Source: an uncultured Candidatus Saccharibacteria bacterium
GTDB taxonomy: Bacteria; Patescibacteriota; Doudnabacteria; UBA920
Direction: 5' to 3'
Assembly: GCA_964557735.1 (NCBI GenBank)
Contig: CAZLAR010000002.1
Coordinates: 1 to 38,832, forward strand
Length of the DNA: 38,832 nt
The translations under genes were made by a program, and so were the position numbers. How positions within the stretch are numbered: the first letter of the stretch is position 1; each line of letters begins with the position of its first letter. The notes under the pieces were generated by a model that was not told the DNA's origin, did no database searches, and was given only the letters and a program-made list of their open reading frames with translations. Below, one piece after another: positions 1 through 8,138 of the stretch.

Positions 1-12
1 ACGAGTTGGAAA

Positions 13-41
13 CCCCGGGATTAGCGAAGCGGTTCCCGGGG
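13..41 (+). terminator. GC-rich hairpin, possibly the end of a gene upstream of the window
   Basis: CCCCGGGA (13-20) pairs with TCCCGGGG (34-41) around a 13-nt loop. A T-rich tract follows after a short spacer. Confidence 0.3.
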
Positions 42-55
42 AGGAGGTCATTTAT

Positions 56-74
56 TTTACGTCAGTTTTATCTA
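56..74 (+). promoter_or_regulatory. Copy 1 of the 19-nt motif TTTACGTCAGTTTTATCTA, upstream of comM
   Basis: 18/19 identical to 31206-31224 and 17/19 identical to the reverse complement of 34490-34508. Exactly 20 nt separate the motif end from ATGGCA at 95. Confidence 0.55.
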
Positions 75-94
75 GCTTTTGTTACGCTGTGACT

Positions 95-1681
95 ATGGCA
101 GTACAAAAAATATTTACAGCAACTTTAGTTGGGATAAATGCAGCGCTAGTAGAAGTGGAAGCAGACGTTAGCAACGGTCTACCAACCACAATTATTGTAG
201 GGCTTCCGGATGCCGCTGTTCAGGAAAGCCGTGAACGTGTGCGGTCAGCAATTAAGCATTCTGGCTTTTTTTACCCACAAAACAGGGTGTCTTTAAACTT
301 GGCTCCTGGTAGTTTGCCAAAGGTGGGAACACATTTTGATGTGCCAATAGCGGTGGCGATTATGTTGGCCAATGGTTTGCAGATTCGGCGCCCTGGAGGT
401 GGAGACTGCGCAGTTAAGGGTGCGCCGGCGGAAAGCAAAAACACTAAGCAGTTGCTCGTGGGCGAGCTCTCGTTGGATGGTTCCGTAAAGCCGACGCCCG
501 GGGTTTTAGCCATGACTCAAGTCGCTCGGAACAACGGGTTCGCCGCGGCGTTCGTCCCATTTGAGAATGCCAGCATGGCCGCACTGGTCAAAGGAATTAC
601 TGTTTATCCTGTAGAAAATTTAGCTCAACTTTTAGATCATATCATTGGTACGACCTTAATTAAGCCGCATAATTCTACTAGTGAGTTATTTAGCGCGCCC
701 ACACAAACAAAGAATGATGGGTCGCGTTTATCATTGACGCAAACAGACTTTGCAAATATCGCCGGACAACATCATGCAAAGAGAGCGCTAGAAATTTCGG
801 CAGCCGGCGGACACAACTTACTTATGAACGGACCTCCTGGTAGTGGCAAGACGATGTTGGCTAAAGCGCTACCAGGAATTTTACCTCCGCTGGAACACGA
901 AGAAATTTTAGAACTAACAAAAATTTATAATAGTGCCGGGCACTTACAAGCAGGCGTAGTTACTCAGAGACCTGTGCGAAGTCCGCATCATGCCGCTTCG
1001 GCGATTGCGCTTATTGGTGGCGGTGCTGTGCCACGCCCAGGGGAGGTAACTTTGGCACACAGGGGTGTATTGTTTTTAGACGAGTTTTCTGAATTTTCGA
1101 GTAGTGTTTTAGAAGTGCTGAGGCAACCGTTGGAAGATAATCACATTTCAATTACGCGTCTACGACACTCCTACACTTTCCCAGCCAGTTTCATTTTAGT
1201 GGCAGCACAAAATCCTTGCCCGTGTGGGAATTTTGGACAAACAAATTTAGAATGTACATGTGCTCCCGCAAATGTGCAGAGGTATAGAAAGAAAATTTCT
1301 GGGCCGTTGCTCGACCGAATTGACTTGCACATAAACGTACCGCGGCTGCAGTACCAAGAGATCATGGTGACGTCTTCAGAAGAAGAAACTTCTGCTGAAG
1401 TTCAAACACGAGTAGTCGCAGCGCGCGCTGTTCAAACAAAACGTTTTGGCAGACCGAAAACCAATAACGAGATGACCCCAGAACAACTTAAGCAATTTTG
1501 CGTCGTCGACCCGCAAAGCAATCGATTACTAGAAAAAGCGGCGGACAAATACCAGTTATCAGGGCGGGCTATACATAGAGTGCTAAAAGTGGCTCGAACA
1601 ATAGCCGACTTGGCAGGCGTTGAACATATTACTCAGCAGCACATTGCTGAAAGCTTGCAATATCGGTTTCATAATGAATAA
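95..1681 (+). CDS. comM: YifB/ComM-family Mg-chelatase-like AAA+ ATPase
   Basis: ORF 89..1681. Has a Lon-like N-domain, Walker A GPPGSGKTM, and the Cys cluster CPCGNFGQTNLECTC. ATG 95 is preferred over GTG 89 because the motif-to-ATGGCA spacing equals that of yraN. Confidence 0.93.
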   Translation: MAVQKIFTATLVGINAALVEVEADVSNGLPTTIIVGLPDAAVQESRERVRSAIKHSGFFYPQNRVSLNLAPGSLPKVGTHFDVPIAVAIMLANGLQIRRPGGGDCAVKGAPAESKNTKQLLVGELSLDGSVKPTPGVLAMTQVARNNGFAAAFVPFENASMAALVKGITVYPVENLAQLLDHIIGTTLIKPHNSTSELFSAPTQTKNDGSRLSLTQTDFANIAGQHHAKRALEISAAGGHNLLMNGPPGSGKTMLAKALPGILPPLEHEEILELTKIYNSAGHLQAGVVTQRPVRSPHHAASAIALIGGGAVPRPGEVTLAHRGVLFLDEFSEFSSSVLEVLRQPLEDNHISITRLRHSYTFPASFILVAAQNPCPCGNFGQTNLECTCAPANVQRYRKKISGPLLDRIDLHINVPRLQYQEIMVTSSEEETSAEVQTRVVAARAVQTKRFGRPKTNNEMTPEQLKQFCVVDPQSNRLLEKAADKYQLSGRAIHRVLKVARTIADLAGVEHITQQHIAESLQYRFHNE

Positions 1682-1708
1682 TTTGCACCGCCATGTCTTA
1701 CGTAAGTG

Positions 1709-1717
1709 TGGTATAAT
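1709..1717 (+). promoter_or_regulatory. Extended -10 promoter (TGgTATAAT) for galU
   Basis: TATAAT lies at 1712-1717 with TGn immediately upstream. The predicted +1 is about 1724, 2 nt before ATG 1726, and there is no SD. Confidence 0.5.
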
Positions 1718-1725
1718 ATCTGCAT

Positions 1726-2625
1726 ATGCAGAAGAAAGTTAGAAAAGCAGTTATCCCGGTGGCTGGGTTTGGAACGCGTTTCCTCCCGGCGACAAAAGCC
1801 CAGCCAAAGGAAATGTTGCCTTTGGTAGATAAGCCAATTATTCAATATGTAGTAGAAGATGCGGTTTCGGCTGGCATCGAAGATATTATTCTAGTAACAG
1901 GATGGCACAAGCGTAACATTGAAGATCACTTTGACTATCCATTTGAGTTAGAAAAGCGCTTGGAAGAAGCTGGCAAGATAGAACAGCTAGAAGAAATTCG
2001 AGCGATTGCTAATTTGGCTAACTTTTATTACGTTCGCCAAAAAGGACCTATGGGTAATGGTACTCCGATTTGGAATGCTCGTCATTTAATTGGTGATGAA
2101 CCGTTCTTAGTCCTTTGGGGTGATGAATTTGTTGCTGCCGCTCCTCAAACTCGCTCCCAACAATTGGTGGCCGCTTACGAAAAATATGGTGGTAGTGCAA
2201 TTCTTGGTGCGGTACGTACATCTCGCCCTGAAGATTACGAGCGTTACGGCTACGCAGCCGGCGATGATCTTGGTGATGGTGTTTTAAAAATTAATCAATT
2301 TGTAGAGAAACCAGGACAGGGAGTGATCGATTCAGATTACGCTGTTGTTGGTGGTTATGTGTTTAGCCCAGATTACTTTCCAGCTATTGAGGAGGCCATG
2401 ACAGATTTGCAAAAGCGTAATACTCCTGATGAATTGTATTGGGCAGACGGTATGCGTAATTTATTACGCGACGGCAAAGATGCGCACGCAGTAGAAATTC
2501 AGAACGGTCGTTACTACGATTGTGGTAACAAACTTGAGTACTTAAAAGCAGTGGTAGAGTTTGGTTTAAAGCATGAAGACTTAAAAGATGATTTCTCTGC
2601 TTTCTTGAAAAACATTTCTAATTAA
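1726..2625 (+). CDS. galU: UTP--glucose-1-phosphate uridylyltransferase
   Basis: 299 aa. N-terminal motif AVIPVAGFGTRFLPATKAQPKEMLP is typical of GalU/nucleotidyltransferases. Confidence 0.93.
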   Translation: MQKKVRKAVIPVAGFGTRFLPATKAQPKEMLPLVDKPIIQYVVEDAVSAGIEDIILVTGWHKRNIEDHFDYPFELEKRLEEAGKIEQLEEIRAIANLANFYYVRQKGPMGNGTPIWNARHLIGDEPFLVLWGDEFVAAAPQTRSQQLVAAYEKYGGSAILGAVRTSRPEDYERYGYAAGDDLGDGVLKINQFVEKPGQGVIDSDYAVVGGYVFSPDYFPAIEEAMTDLQKRNTPDELYWADGMRNLLRDGKDAHAVEIQNGRYYDCGNKLEYLKAVVEFGLKHEDLKDDFSAFLKNISN

Positions 2626-2688
2626 CCTTGATGTTGGAGAGCAAGAGAAATTTTGCCACCTCAACAAGATGAGGAAAAGTATTAGCAC

Positions 2689-2752
2689 GCAGGCAGCGCT
2701 TTGTCTCGGTCTGCCTAAAGTAGCAGACCTCGCGCGCTTGCCAACTGCCTGC
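2689..2752 (+). other. GC-rich nested hairpin downstream of galU
   Basis: Outer stem GCAGGCAG (2689-2696) pairs with CTGCCTGC (2745-2752). Inner stem GGTCTGC (2708-2714) pairs with GCAGACC (2723-2729). No clean T-run follows. Confidence 0.4.
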
Positions 2753-2814
2753 TTAGCAAATACTTTCCCTTTCACTTAAAGAAAAAACAACTACGCTAAA
2801 ATTTAGAAACAAAA

Positions 2815-4140
2815 ATGAAAAAATTCTTTGCAAAAAATCAGTTTGGAAAATTTAGTAAGTTCGCGGTGCTTTTAGTTATCGCGATTTTACCTTTATTGGC
2901 GGTGGCTTGTGGCGGCGGCGGTAATACTCAGTCATCCGGTCCAGTGACTATTAAAATTTGGAAGCCATTTGTGGATTCAGATAAAATGCAGGCGATTATG
3001 TCGGCGTATCAGGCTAAGCACACTAACGTTACTTTTGAATATACTAAAAAAAATATTGAGAATTACGAAGCCGACCTACTGAATGCTTTGGCAGCTGGGA
3101 ATGGCCCGGACATCTACTCTATAAATAACACATGGGTGCCACGCTATATGGACAAAATAGTGGAAGCCCCAGAGAAAACTTTTACCGTTAAAGACTACAA
3201 GAGCACTTTTGTAGATTCCATGGCGACCGACTTAATTAAAGATAACAAAATCTACGGTACAGCCATGTGGGTCGATTCTTTAGCGCTCTACTATAATAAA
3301 GACCTAATGGGCACAGCAGGAATTGCGGTCCCTCCAAAAACTTGGGCGCAACTTGCAGAAGATGTTAGAGAGATTTCCCGCCAAGATAGTAGTGGCTACT
3401 TTAGCCGTAGTGGGGTAGCGATGGGTACAAACACAAACGTTAATCGTGGTGTCGATATTGTTTACTTACTAATGTTACAAGCAGGCGTAGTTCCGTGGAC
3501 AGCTGATGGTCGTGCACCACAATTTGCCAACAGTATTTCTAAGAATAACAACTCAGTGAATGCTGGTGTGGAAGCCGTAGATTTTTATACTTCATTTGCT
3601 AATCCAACTAGCGCAAACTATACATGGAATGAAGACAGTGACTATTCTACCGACGCGTTTGCTAACGGCCGCGCGGCGTATCTTTATGGCTATGCTTACA
3701 CACGGGGCCAAATAGACGCCAAGGCTCCAAATTTAAATTATGATGTCGCTCCCGTACCACAAAATAATTTGGACGATCCAACTGTAAACTACTCAAGTTA
3801 CTTTGCCGAAGTAGTGAGCAAACAAAGTAAACAATCAGCGTGGGCGTGGGACTTCTTGAAGTTCGCCACCAGCAAGGACATGCTAGACATTTATTACAAA
3901 CAAGATAAGCAGCCGTCTTCGAGGCGCGACTTAATTGAATTACAAACTAGTGATCCAGACATGGGCGTGTTCGCACACGCAAACTTAACTGGTAAAACTT
4001 TTTACAAAGCAGATGAAGCCAAGTTCGACGCGATTATTGGTGAGATGATAGATAATATTAATTTACGTGGTCAACCAGTAGACCAAGCATTGGGCAGAGC
4101 GCAATCGCAGGCCAGTACGCTATCGCTGTTGCGAAATTAG
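2815..4140 (+). CDS. ABC-transporter family-1 (sugar-type) solute-binding lipoprotein, with no permease or ATPase in the window
   Basis: 441 aa. Signal peptide carries the lipobox LLAVAC followed by GGGG. The overall pattern is that of an extracellular solute-binding protein. Confidence 0.8.
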   Translation: MKKFFAKNQFGKFSKFAVLLVIAILPLLAVACGGGGNTQSSGPVTIKIWKPFVDSDKMQAIMSAYQAKHTNVTFEYTKKNIENYEADLLNALAAGNGPDIYSINNTWVPRYMDKIVEAPEKTFTVKDYKSTFVDSMATDLIKDNKIYGTAMWVDSLALYYNKDLMGTAGIAVPPKTWAQLAEDVREISRQDSSGYFSRSGVAMGTNTNVNRGVDIVYLLMLQAGVVPWTADGRAPQFANSISKNNNSVNAGVEAVDFYTSFANPTSANYTWNEDSDYSTDAFANGRAAYLYGYAYTRGQIDAKAPNLNYDVAPVPQNNLDDPTVNYSSYFAEVVSKQSKQSAWAWDFLKFATSKDMLDIYYKQDKQPSSRRDLIELQTSDPDMGVFAHANLTGKTFYKADEAKFDAIIGEMIDNINLRGQPVDQALGRAQSQASTLSLLRN

Positions 4141-4174
4141 TTTTGACCTATTTAACACACTGATTAAAAGAAAC

Positions 4175-4777
4175 ATGACAAACAAAACTAAGAAAATTTT
4201 TGGTGCAATTGTTGGGATGGTTTTGGTTGTCACTGCTTTTTTGGCTGTTTCTGATTCGGTAAATTTAATTCCAGAAGTATTTGCTCAAACTACTACTACC
4301 ACAGAAAAAGGCGATGCCGGTGGTTTTGTTCCCTGTGGTAATACTGCTGGTAACCCTTGTGAAATTGATCACTTATTTTCTACTTTCGTTGTAATTGTTA
4401 ATTACTTAATTGCTATGGCCGGGTTCTTTGCGATGGTAGCAATTGTTTTTGCTGGCTTCATGATGGTTTACTCTCAAGGTCAAGAGCAACTTAAGGCGGC
4501 TAAGGGTAGATTGTCTGGAGCGGTAATTGGTTTAGTGCTAGTAGCTGCTGCTTTTGTGTTGATTAACGCGCTCTTTGCAGGCAGTTTAAGTATCGGCGTC
4601 AGAGAAGGACCCGGAATTCTCTCTAGTCCGCTAGATTATATTCGTAATACCCCGAGTTCAAGCACTGAAGCTACTCCTTCTACTACCAATCCAAATACTA
4701 ACAGTACGACGAAACCAAATACAAATTCAAATACTGCTCCGCCAAAGACTCCAACTAAACCAACCACCGGAAAATAA
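4175..4777 (+). CDS. VirB2/TrbC-like (T4SS-pilin-like) membrane protein, paralog 1, with an S/T/P/N-rich C-terminal tail
   Basis: Signal peptide ends at FAQT. Ectodomain has a Cys-x7-Cys loop. Two TM helices flank FAGFMMVYSQGQEQLKAAKGR. Confidence 0.7.
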   Translation: MTNKTKKIFGAIVGMVLVVTAFLAVSDSVNLIPEVFAQTTTTTEKGDAGGFVPCGNTAGNPCEIDHLFSTFVVIVNYLIAMAGFFAMVAIVFAGFMMVYSQGQEQLKAAKGRLSGAVIGLVLVAAAFVLINALFAGSLSIGVREGPGILSSPLDYIRNTPSSSTEATPSTTNPNTNSTTKPNTNSNTAPPKTPTKPTTGK

Positions 4778-4778
4778 T

Positions 4779-5585
4779 ATGTTTAATAGTTTTACTAAAT
4801 TTACAATAACTAAAATTTTAGGAGCAAGCCTTTTGTTTTTAATGTTTGTTGGTAACCTTGTGGTTGTAAATCAAGCTCAAGCGGTTTCTTGTGATTGGGT
4901 GCCATATATTTTAGATAATAGTCTTCGCGAAGAGTTGCCAATGAGAGAGTATGGTGGTGGTAATGCATTTGTATTTAAGGTTTCAGAAGCAGAGAAGGCT
5001 AGTTTAAGCCTTGGGGTGGGTGGAAAAGATTGTAAGGATCAGCAGTTCACTGTCACATATACTGTTAGCACAGGTGGGGCAGAAGGCAAGAGAATTAAAT
5101 TGGTAATGGGGCCTGACAAACCACCGCTCGCTCAAAATGTTATTGTTGGCTTTGTTACTACCCAAAAACTTCCTGTGCCTAAAACCCCTTCAGTTTATAA
5201 GTACTACATTAAAGCCGGTGAAGATACAGAAAGATCAATCCAGGTGGTATATGTGGAAGGAGATTTACCTCCAGTTGTGAAGAATCAAGCCAGTACCGAT
5301 CCTACAAAAAGAGAGCCAGTAGAAATTGCACAAATTACTAACCCATTTGGTCCCAGTGCCACGACCGCGCAAGGTGTAGCGACTCGAGTGATTAATGTAT
5401 TGTTAGCGCTAATTGTTATTGCTGCTGTAATAGTAATAGTGATTTCGGGTTTCCGCATGGTTGTTGGTGGTAGTAACCCAGATCAGTTAAAAAAAGCGAA
5501 GGCTGGCATTCTTTGGTCGCTAGTAGGCTTGGCAGTGGCCTTTATGTCATTCGCAATCGTACAAATTATTCAAGGTTTATTGTAA
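4779..5585 (+). CDS. VirB2/TrbC-like membrane protein, paralog 2
   Basis: Signal peptide ends at AQAV. The ~170-aa ectodomain has 2 Cys. C-terminal module is ISGFRMVVGGSNPDQLKKAKAGILWSLVGLAV. Confidence 0.7.
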   Translation: MFNSFTKFTITKILGASLLFLMFVGNLVVVNQAQAVSCDWVPYILDNSLREELPMREYGGGNAFVFKVSEAEKASLSLGVGGKDCKDQQFTVTYTVSTGGAEGKRIKLVMGPDKPPLAQNVIVGFVTTQKLPVPKTPSVYKYYIKAGEDTERSIQVVYVEGDLPPVVKNQASTDPTKREPVEIAQITNPFGPSATTAQGVATRVINVLLALIVIAAVIVIVISGFRMVVGGSNPDQLKKAKAGILWSLVGLAVAFMSFAIVQIIQGLL

Positions 5586-5595
5586 AGTAACTCTC

Positions 5596-6543
5596 ATGAA
5601 AAAATTCCTCCTAATTATATTAATATTTACCTTGGTCACACCATTCGCATCGGCATTTGTTTCTCCTAAATTAGCCCAAGCTAATATAAATAACTGTGTG
5701 GTAAAGCTGGACTTATTAACTGCTAGTGATAAATTAATTGCCCCAGGCTCCACTATATTAGCTAATGTCGATACCCCATTTAGGTTAAGAGTGACCATTG
5801 AGATTAACCCCACTGGCGGAGCTGGTGAGTGTTACCCAGACCTGAAGTATGTGGTTAATGCCAATCGTACTTCCACCATTACTGATCCGAACGAGCCTAA
5901 TAGCTCAGAGTTTATAGGAGAAGTTGATTCTGCAGGATTATTTGCCTCAAATTTCCAAAACAACAGATTTTCAAAAATAACTCAATTAGGTGGAGGTACT
6001 CCACCTAGTGCTGGCGTTCCTGATTATGATTATTCCTATGCTATTATCTATCAGTATAAGAACGATGCTGGGGGAGCAACTCGGAGAACAAAAAGTATTC
6101 ATGTTGCGTTTACTAATAAAAAAGGTGCAGTGACTACCCCAGGGGGAACTGGCTCAGGTGGCCAAAATCCCTCCACTAACAGCAATACAAACACAGCGAC
6201 ACAAAACAATTCTACTCCAAACGCGCAAATCAACACCGGTGTTACCGCAACGTATAAGGCAGATTTAGACACGCCACTTGGCTTCTTCATCAATCCTCTT
6301 ACCAAAGACACGTTGCCAGAACTGTTGGCATCGATTTTAAAGATTCTGTTCATTTTAATTGGAATGATTTCGGTGATCATAATTATTATCGCTGGGTTCC
6401 GAATGGTTATTGCGTCGGGTAACGAGACTGAATTGACTAAAGCCAAAGCTGCCATTACCTGGGCGATCATCGGGTTAATTGTCTCGTTAATGTCGTTTAG
6501 TATTGTGGCAATTATTCAGCGACTCATTCAAGTAGGTGCTTAA
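5596..6543 (+). CDS. VirB2/TrbC-like membrane protein, paralog 3
   Basis: Signal peptide, then a ~220-aa ectodomain with 2 Cys and an N/T-rich linker. C-terminal module is IAGFRMVIASGNETELTKAKAAITWAIIGLIV. Confidence 0.7.
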   Translation: MKKFLLIILIFTLVTPFASAFVSPKLAQANINNCVVKLDLLTASDKLIAPGSTILANVDTPFRLRVTIEINPTGGAGECYPDLKYVVNANRTSTITDPNEPNSSEFIGEVDSAGLFASNFQNNRFSKITQLGGGTPPSAGVPDYDYSYAIIYQYKNDAGGATRRTKSIHVAFTNKKGAVTTPGGTGSGGQNPSTNSNTNTATQNNSTPNAQINTGVTATYKADLDTPLGFFINPLTKDTLPELLASILKILFILIGMISVIIIIIAGFRMVIASGNETELTKAKAAITWAIIGLIVSLMSFSIVAIIQRLIQVGA

Positions 6544-6556
6544 CAAAAAACATAAA

Positions 6557-7027
6557 ATGATAAAAACTTTTTCAAAAATTGTTGTAGGAGTTAGTGTTGC
6601 AATGTTCGCGGCGATGTTGTTGGTGTTACCGTTCGTAATAAACACAGTAGACGCGCAAACCAAATCACCGACTAACTCTTCTACAAAGACAACCACTCCA
6701 ACCCCGACTCAAATTTGCGATGACTTAAAAGCACAACTGGGCAGAGGTGGCTTTGAGTGGGACAAGGAAAAACTCCCAGAATACTGTACAACCAACACTC
6801 TCTATAACAAAATCATCAAAGGTGCTTTGTATGCCGTTGGTATTGTGGCAGTAATCGTTATTATTTACGGTGGCTATATCTACATGACTGCTGCTGGTAA
6901 CGACGAACAACGTAAAAGAGGCCGCACCATCCTGACGTGGGCCGTCGTGGGTCTAATAGTAGTAATTCTAGCCGTTGTCTTAGTTAATATCGCGGTTAAG
7001 CTCCTTGTTGAAAAGTCGGTTGTGTAA
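6557..7027 (+). CDS. VirB2/TrbC-like membrane protein, paralog 4
   Basis: ATG 6557 (MIKTFSK...) is preferred over GTG 6536, which overlaps paralog 3. Signal peptide ends at DAQT. C-terminal module is YGGYIYMTAAGNDEQRKRGRTILTWAVVGLIV. Confidence 0.7.
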   Translation: MIKTFSKIVVGVSVAMFAAMLLVLPFVINTVDAQTKSPTNSSTKTTTPTPTQICDDLKAQLGRGGFEWDKEKLPEYCTTNTLYNKIIKGALYAVGIVAVIVIIYGGYIYMTAAGNDEQRKRGRTILTWAVVGLIVVILAVVLVNIAVKLLVEKSVV

Positions 7028-7085
7028 TTCCCTGTATATAGTAGAATATAAGTACGTTACTTTATCTTAAAGAATCTGTTAGGAG

Positions 7086-7114
7086 TTCGCTCAGTGTTAG
7101 CCAGCGAATTTTTT
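7086..7114 (+). terminator. Intrinsic terminator after paralogs 1-4
   Basis: TTCGCT (7086-7091) pairs with AGCGAA (7103-7108) and is followed by T6. Confidence 0.6.
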
Positions 7115-7137
7115 ACAGCTTCATCCTCTTCCGAAAG

Positions 7138-7572
7138 GTGGTGAAAAAATTGAAACAAACGTTGCAAAAACTTAATTGGTTAAATATTGCTCAGTTCGTA
7201 GTTATGTTGATGGTAGTCTTGGCTCCTGTCTATGTTCCTATGACTGCTCAAGCTGGTTTAGTAGATACATTCGTAAACAACTGTCCTGCCGACACCGGCG
7301 TGCGTTGTTCTGAAGGAAGCATTGCTTCTATCTTCCGCTTGATCATTAACTGGGCATTGGCAATCGCTTTTATCGCTGCTGTTATCATGTTAATTTACGG
7401 TGGTTTCCTTTACATCACGTCAGCAGGAAACACTGAAAATGCTACTAAAGGTAAGACAGCTATTACCAACGCTCTAGTTGGTGTCGTAATCATTGTCCTT
7501 TCTTACATTATTGTTCAAATCGTGTACAGATTCGTTTCTGGTTCCGGTTCAGGTGGTATTACTGGTCCATAA
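7138..7572 (+). CDS. VirB2/TrbC-like membrane protein, paralog 5
   Basis: The start is ambiguous (GTG 7138, GTG 7141 or TTG 7150). Signal peptide ends at AQAG. Ectodomain has a Cys-x7-Cys loop. C-terminal module is YGGFLYITSAGNTENATKGKTAITNALVGVVI. Confidence 0.7.
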   Translation: MVKKLKQTLQKLNWLNIAQFVVMLMVVLAPVYVPMTAQAGLVDTFVNNCPADTGVRCSEGSIASIFRLIINWALAIAFIAAVIMLIYGGFLYITSAGNTENATKGKTAITNALVGVVIIVLSYIIVQIVYRFVSGSGSGGITGP

Positions 7573-7688
7573 TTGTTTTCCCGCATTAGAGACTTTACAA
7601 TGCGGGATAGCTCTGGGAACAAAACAAAATATTTGTGCAAAGATTTTGTTTCCGGAGTTGTAAAGACAGTTTTAATAAACTTAAAAAG

Positions 7689-8126
7689 ATGAAACAAAAA
7701 ATTACTTTAAAAATACTTGGGGGATTAGTGGCATTGATGGCCGTGTTCTTTTTCGTCCCAAACTTTTCACCGGTGCAGGCTCAGGGAACTACTAGCCCCG
7801 GAGTTACAGCTTGTCCTCCTAACTCTCCTAATTGTGCTCAAGAGGGCTTGAATGCTATTGGCTCGGCTTTTCCCGGCGGAGTAAAGCAAAACTACAGCAT
7901 CAGAGATATTGCGAGAACAGTAATTGAATGGGCATTATACTTAGCAGCGATTATTGCAGTAATCTTTATTATCATCGGTGGCTTTATGTATATCACTTCT
8001 GCTGGTAATGAAGGTCAAGCAGGTAAAGGGCGTACTACTTTAGTCAACGCTTTAATAGGTTTGGCTATTATTATTCTTTCTTACCTAATAGTCCAAGTAG
8101 TTTACAACTTCTTGGTACAAAGATAG
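7689..8126 (+). CDS. VirB2/TrbC-like membrane protein, paralog 6
   Basis: ATG 7689 (MKQKITLK...) is preferred over the track start at 7635. Signal peptide ends at AQGT. Ectodomain has a Cys-x6-Cys loop. C-terminal module is IGGFMYITSAGNEGQAGKGRTTLVNALIGLAI. Confidence 0.7.
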   Translation: MKQKITLKILGGLVALMAVFFFVPNFSPVQAQGTTSPGVTACPPNSPNCAQEGLNAIGSAFPGGVKQNYSIRDIARTVIEWALYLAAIIAVIFIIIGGFMYITSAGNEGQAGKGRTTLVNALIGLAIIILSYLIVQVVYNFLVQR

Positions 8127-8138
8127 GGCTTTCGCTAT

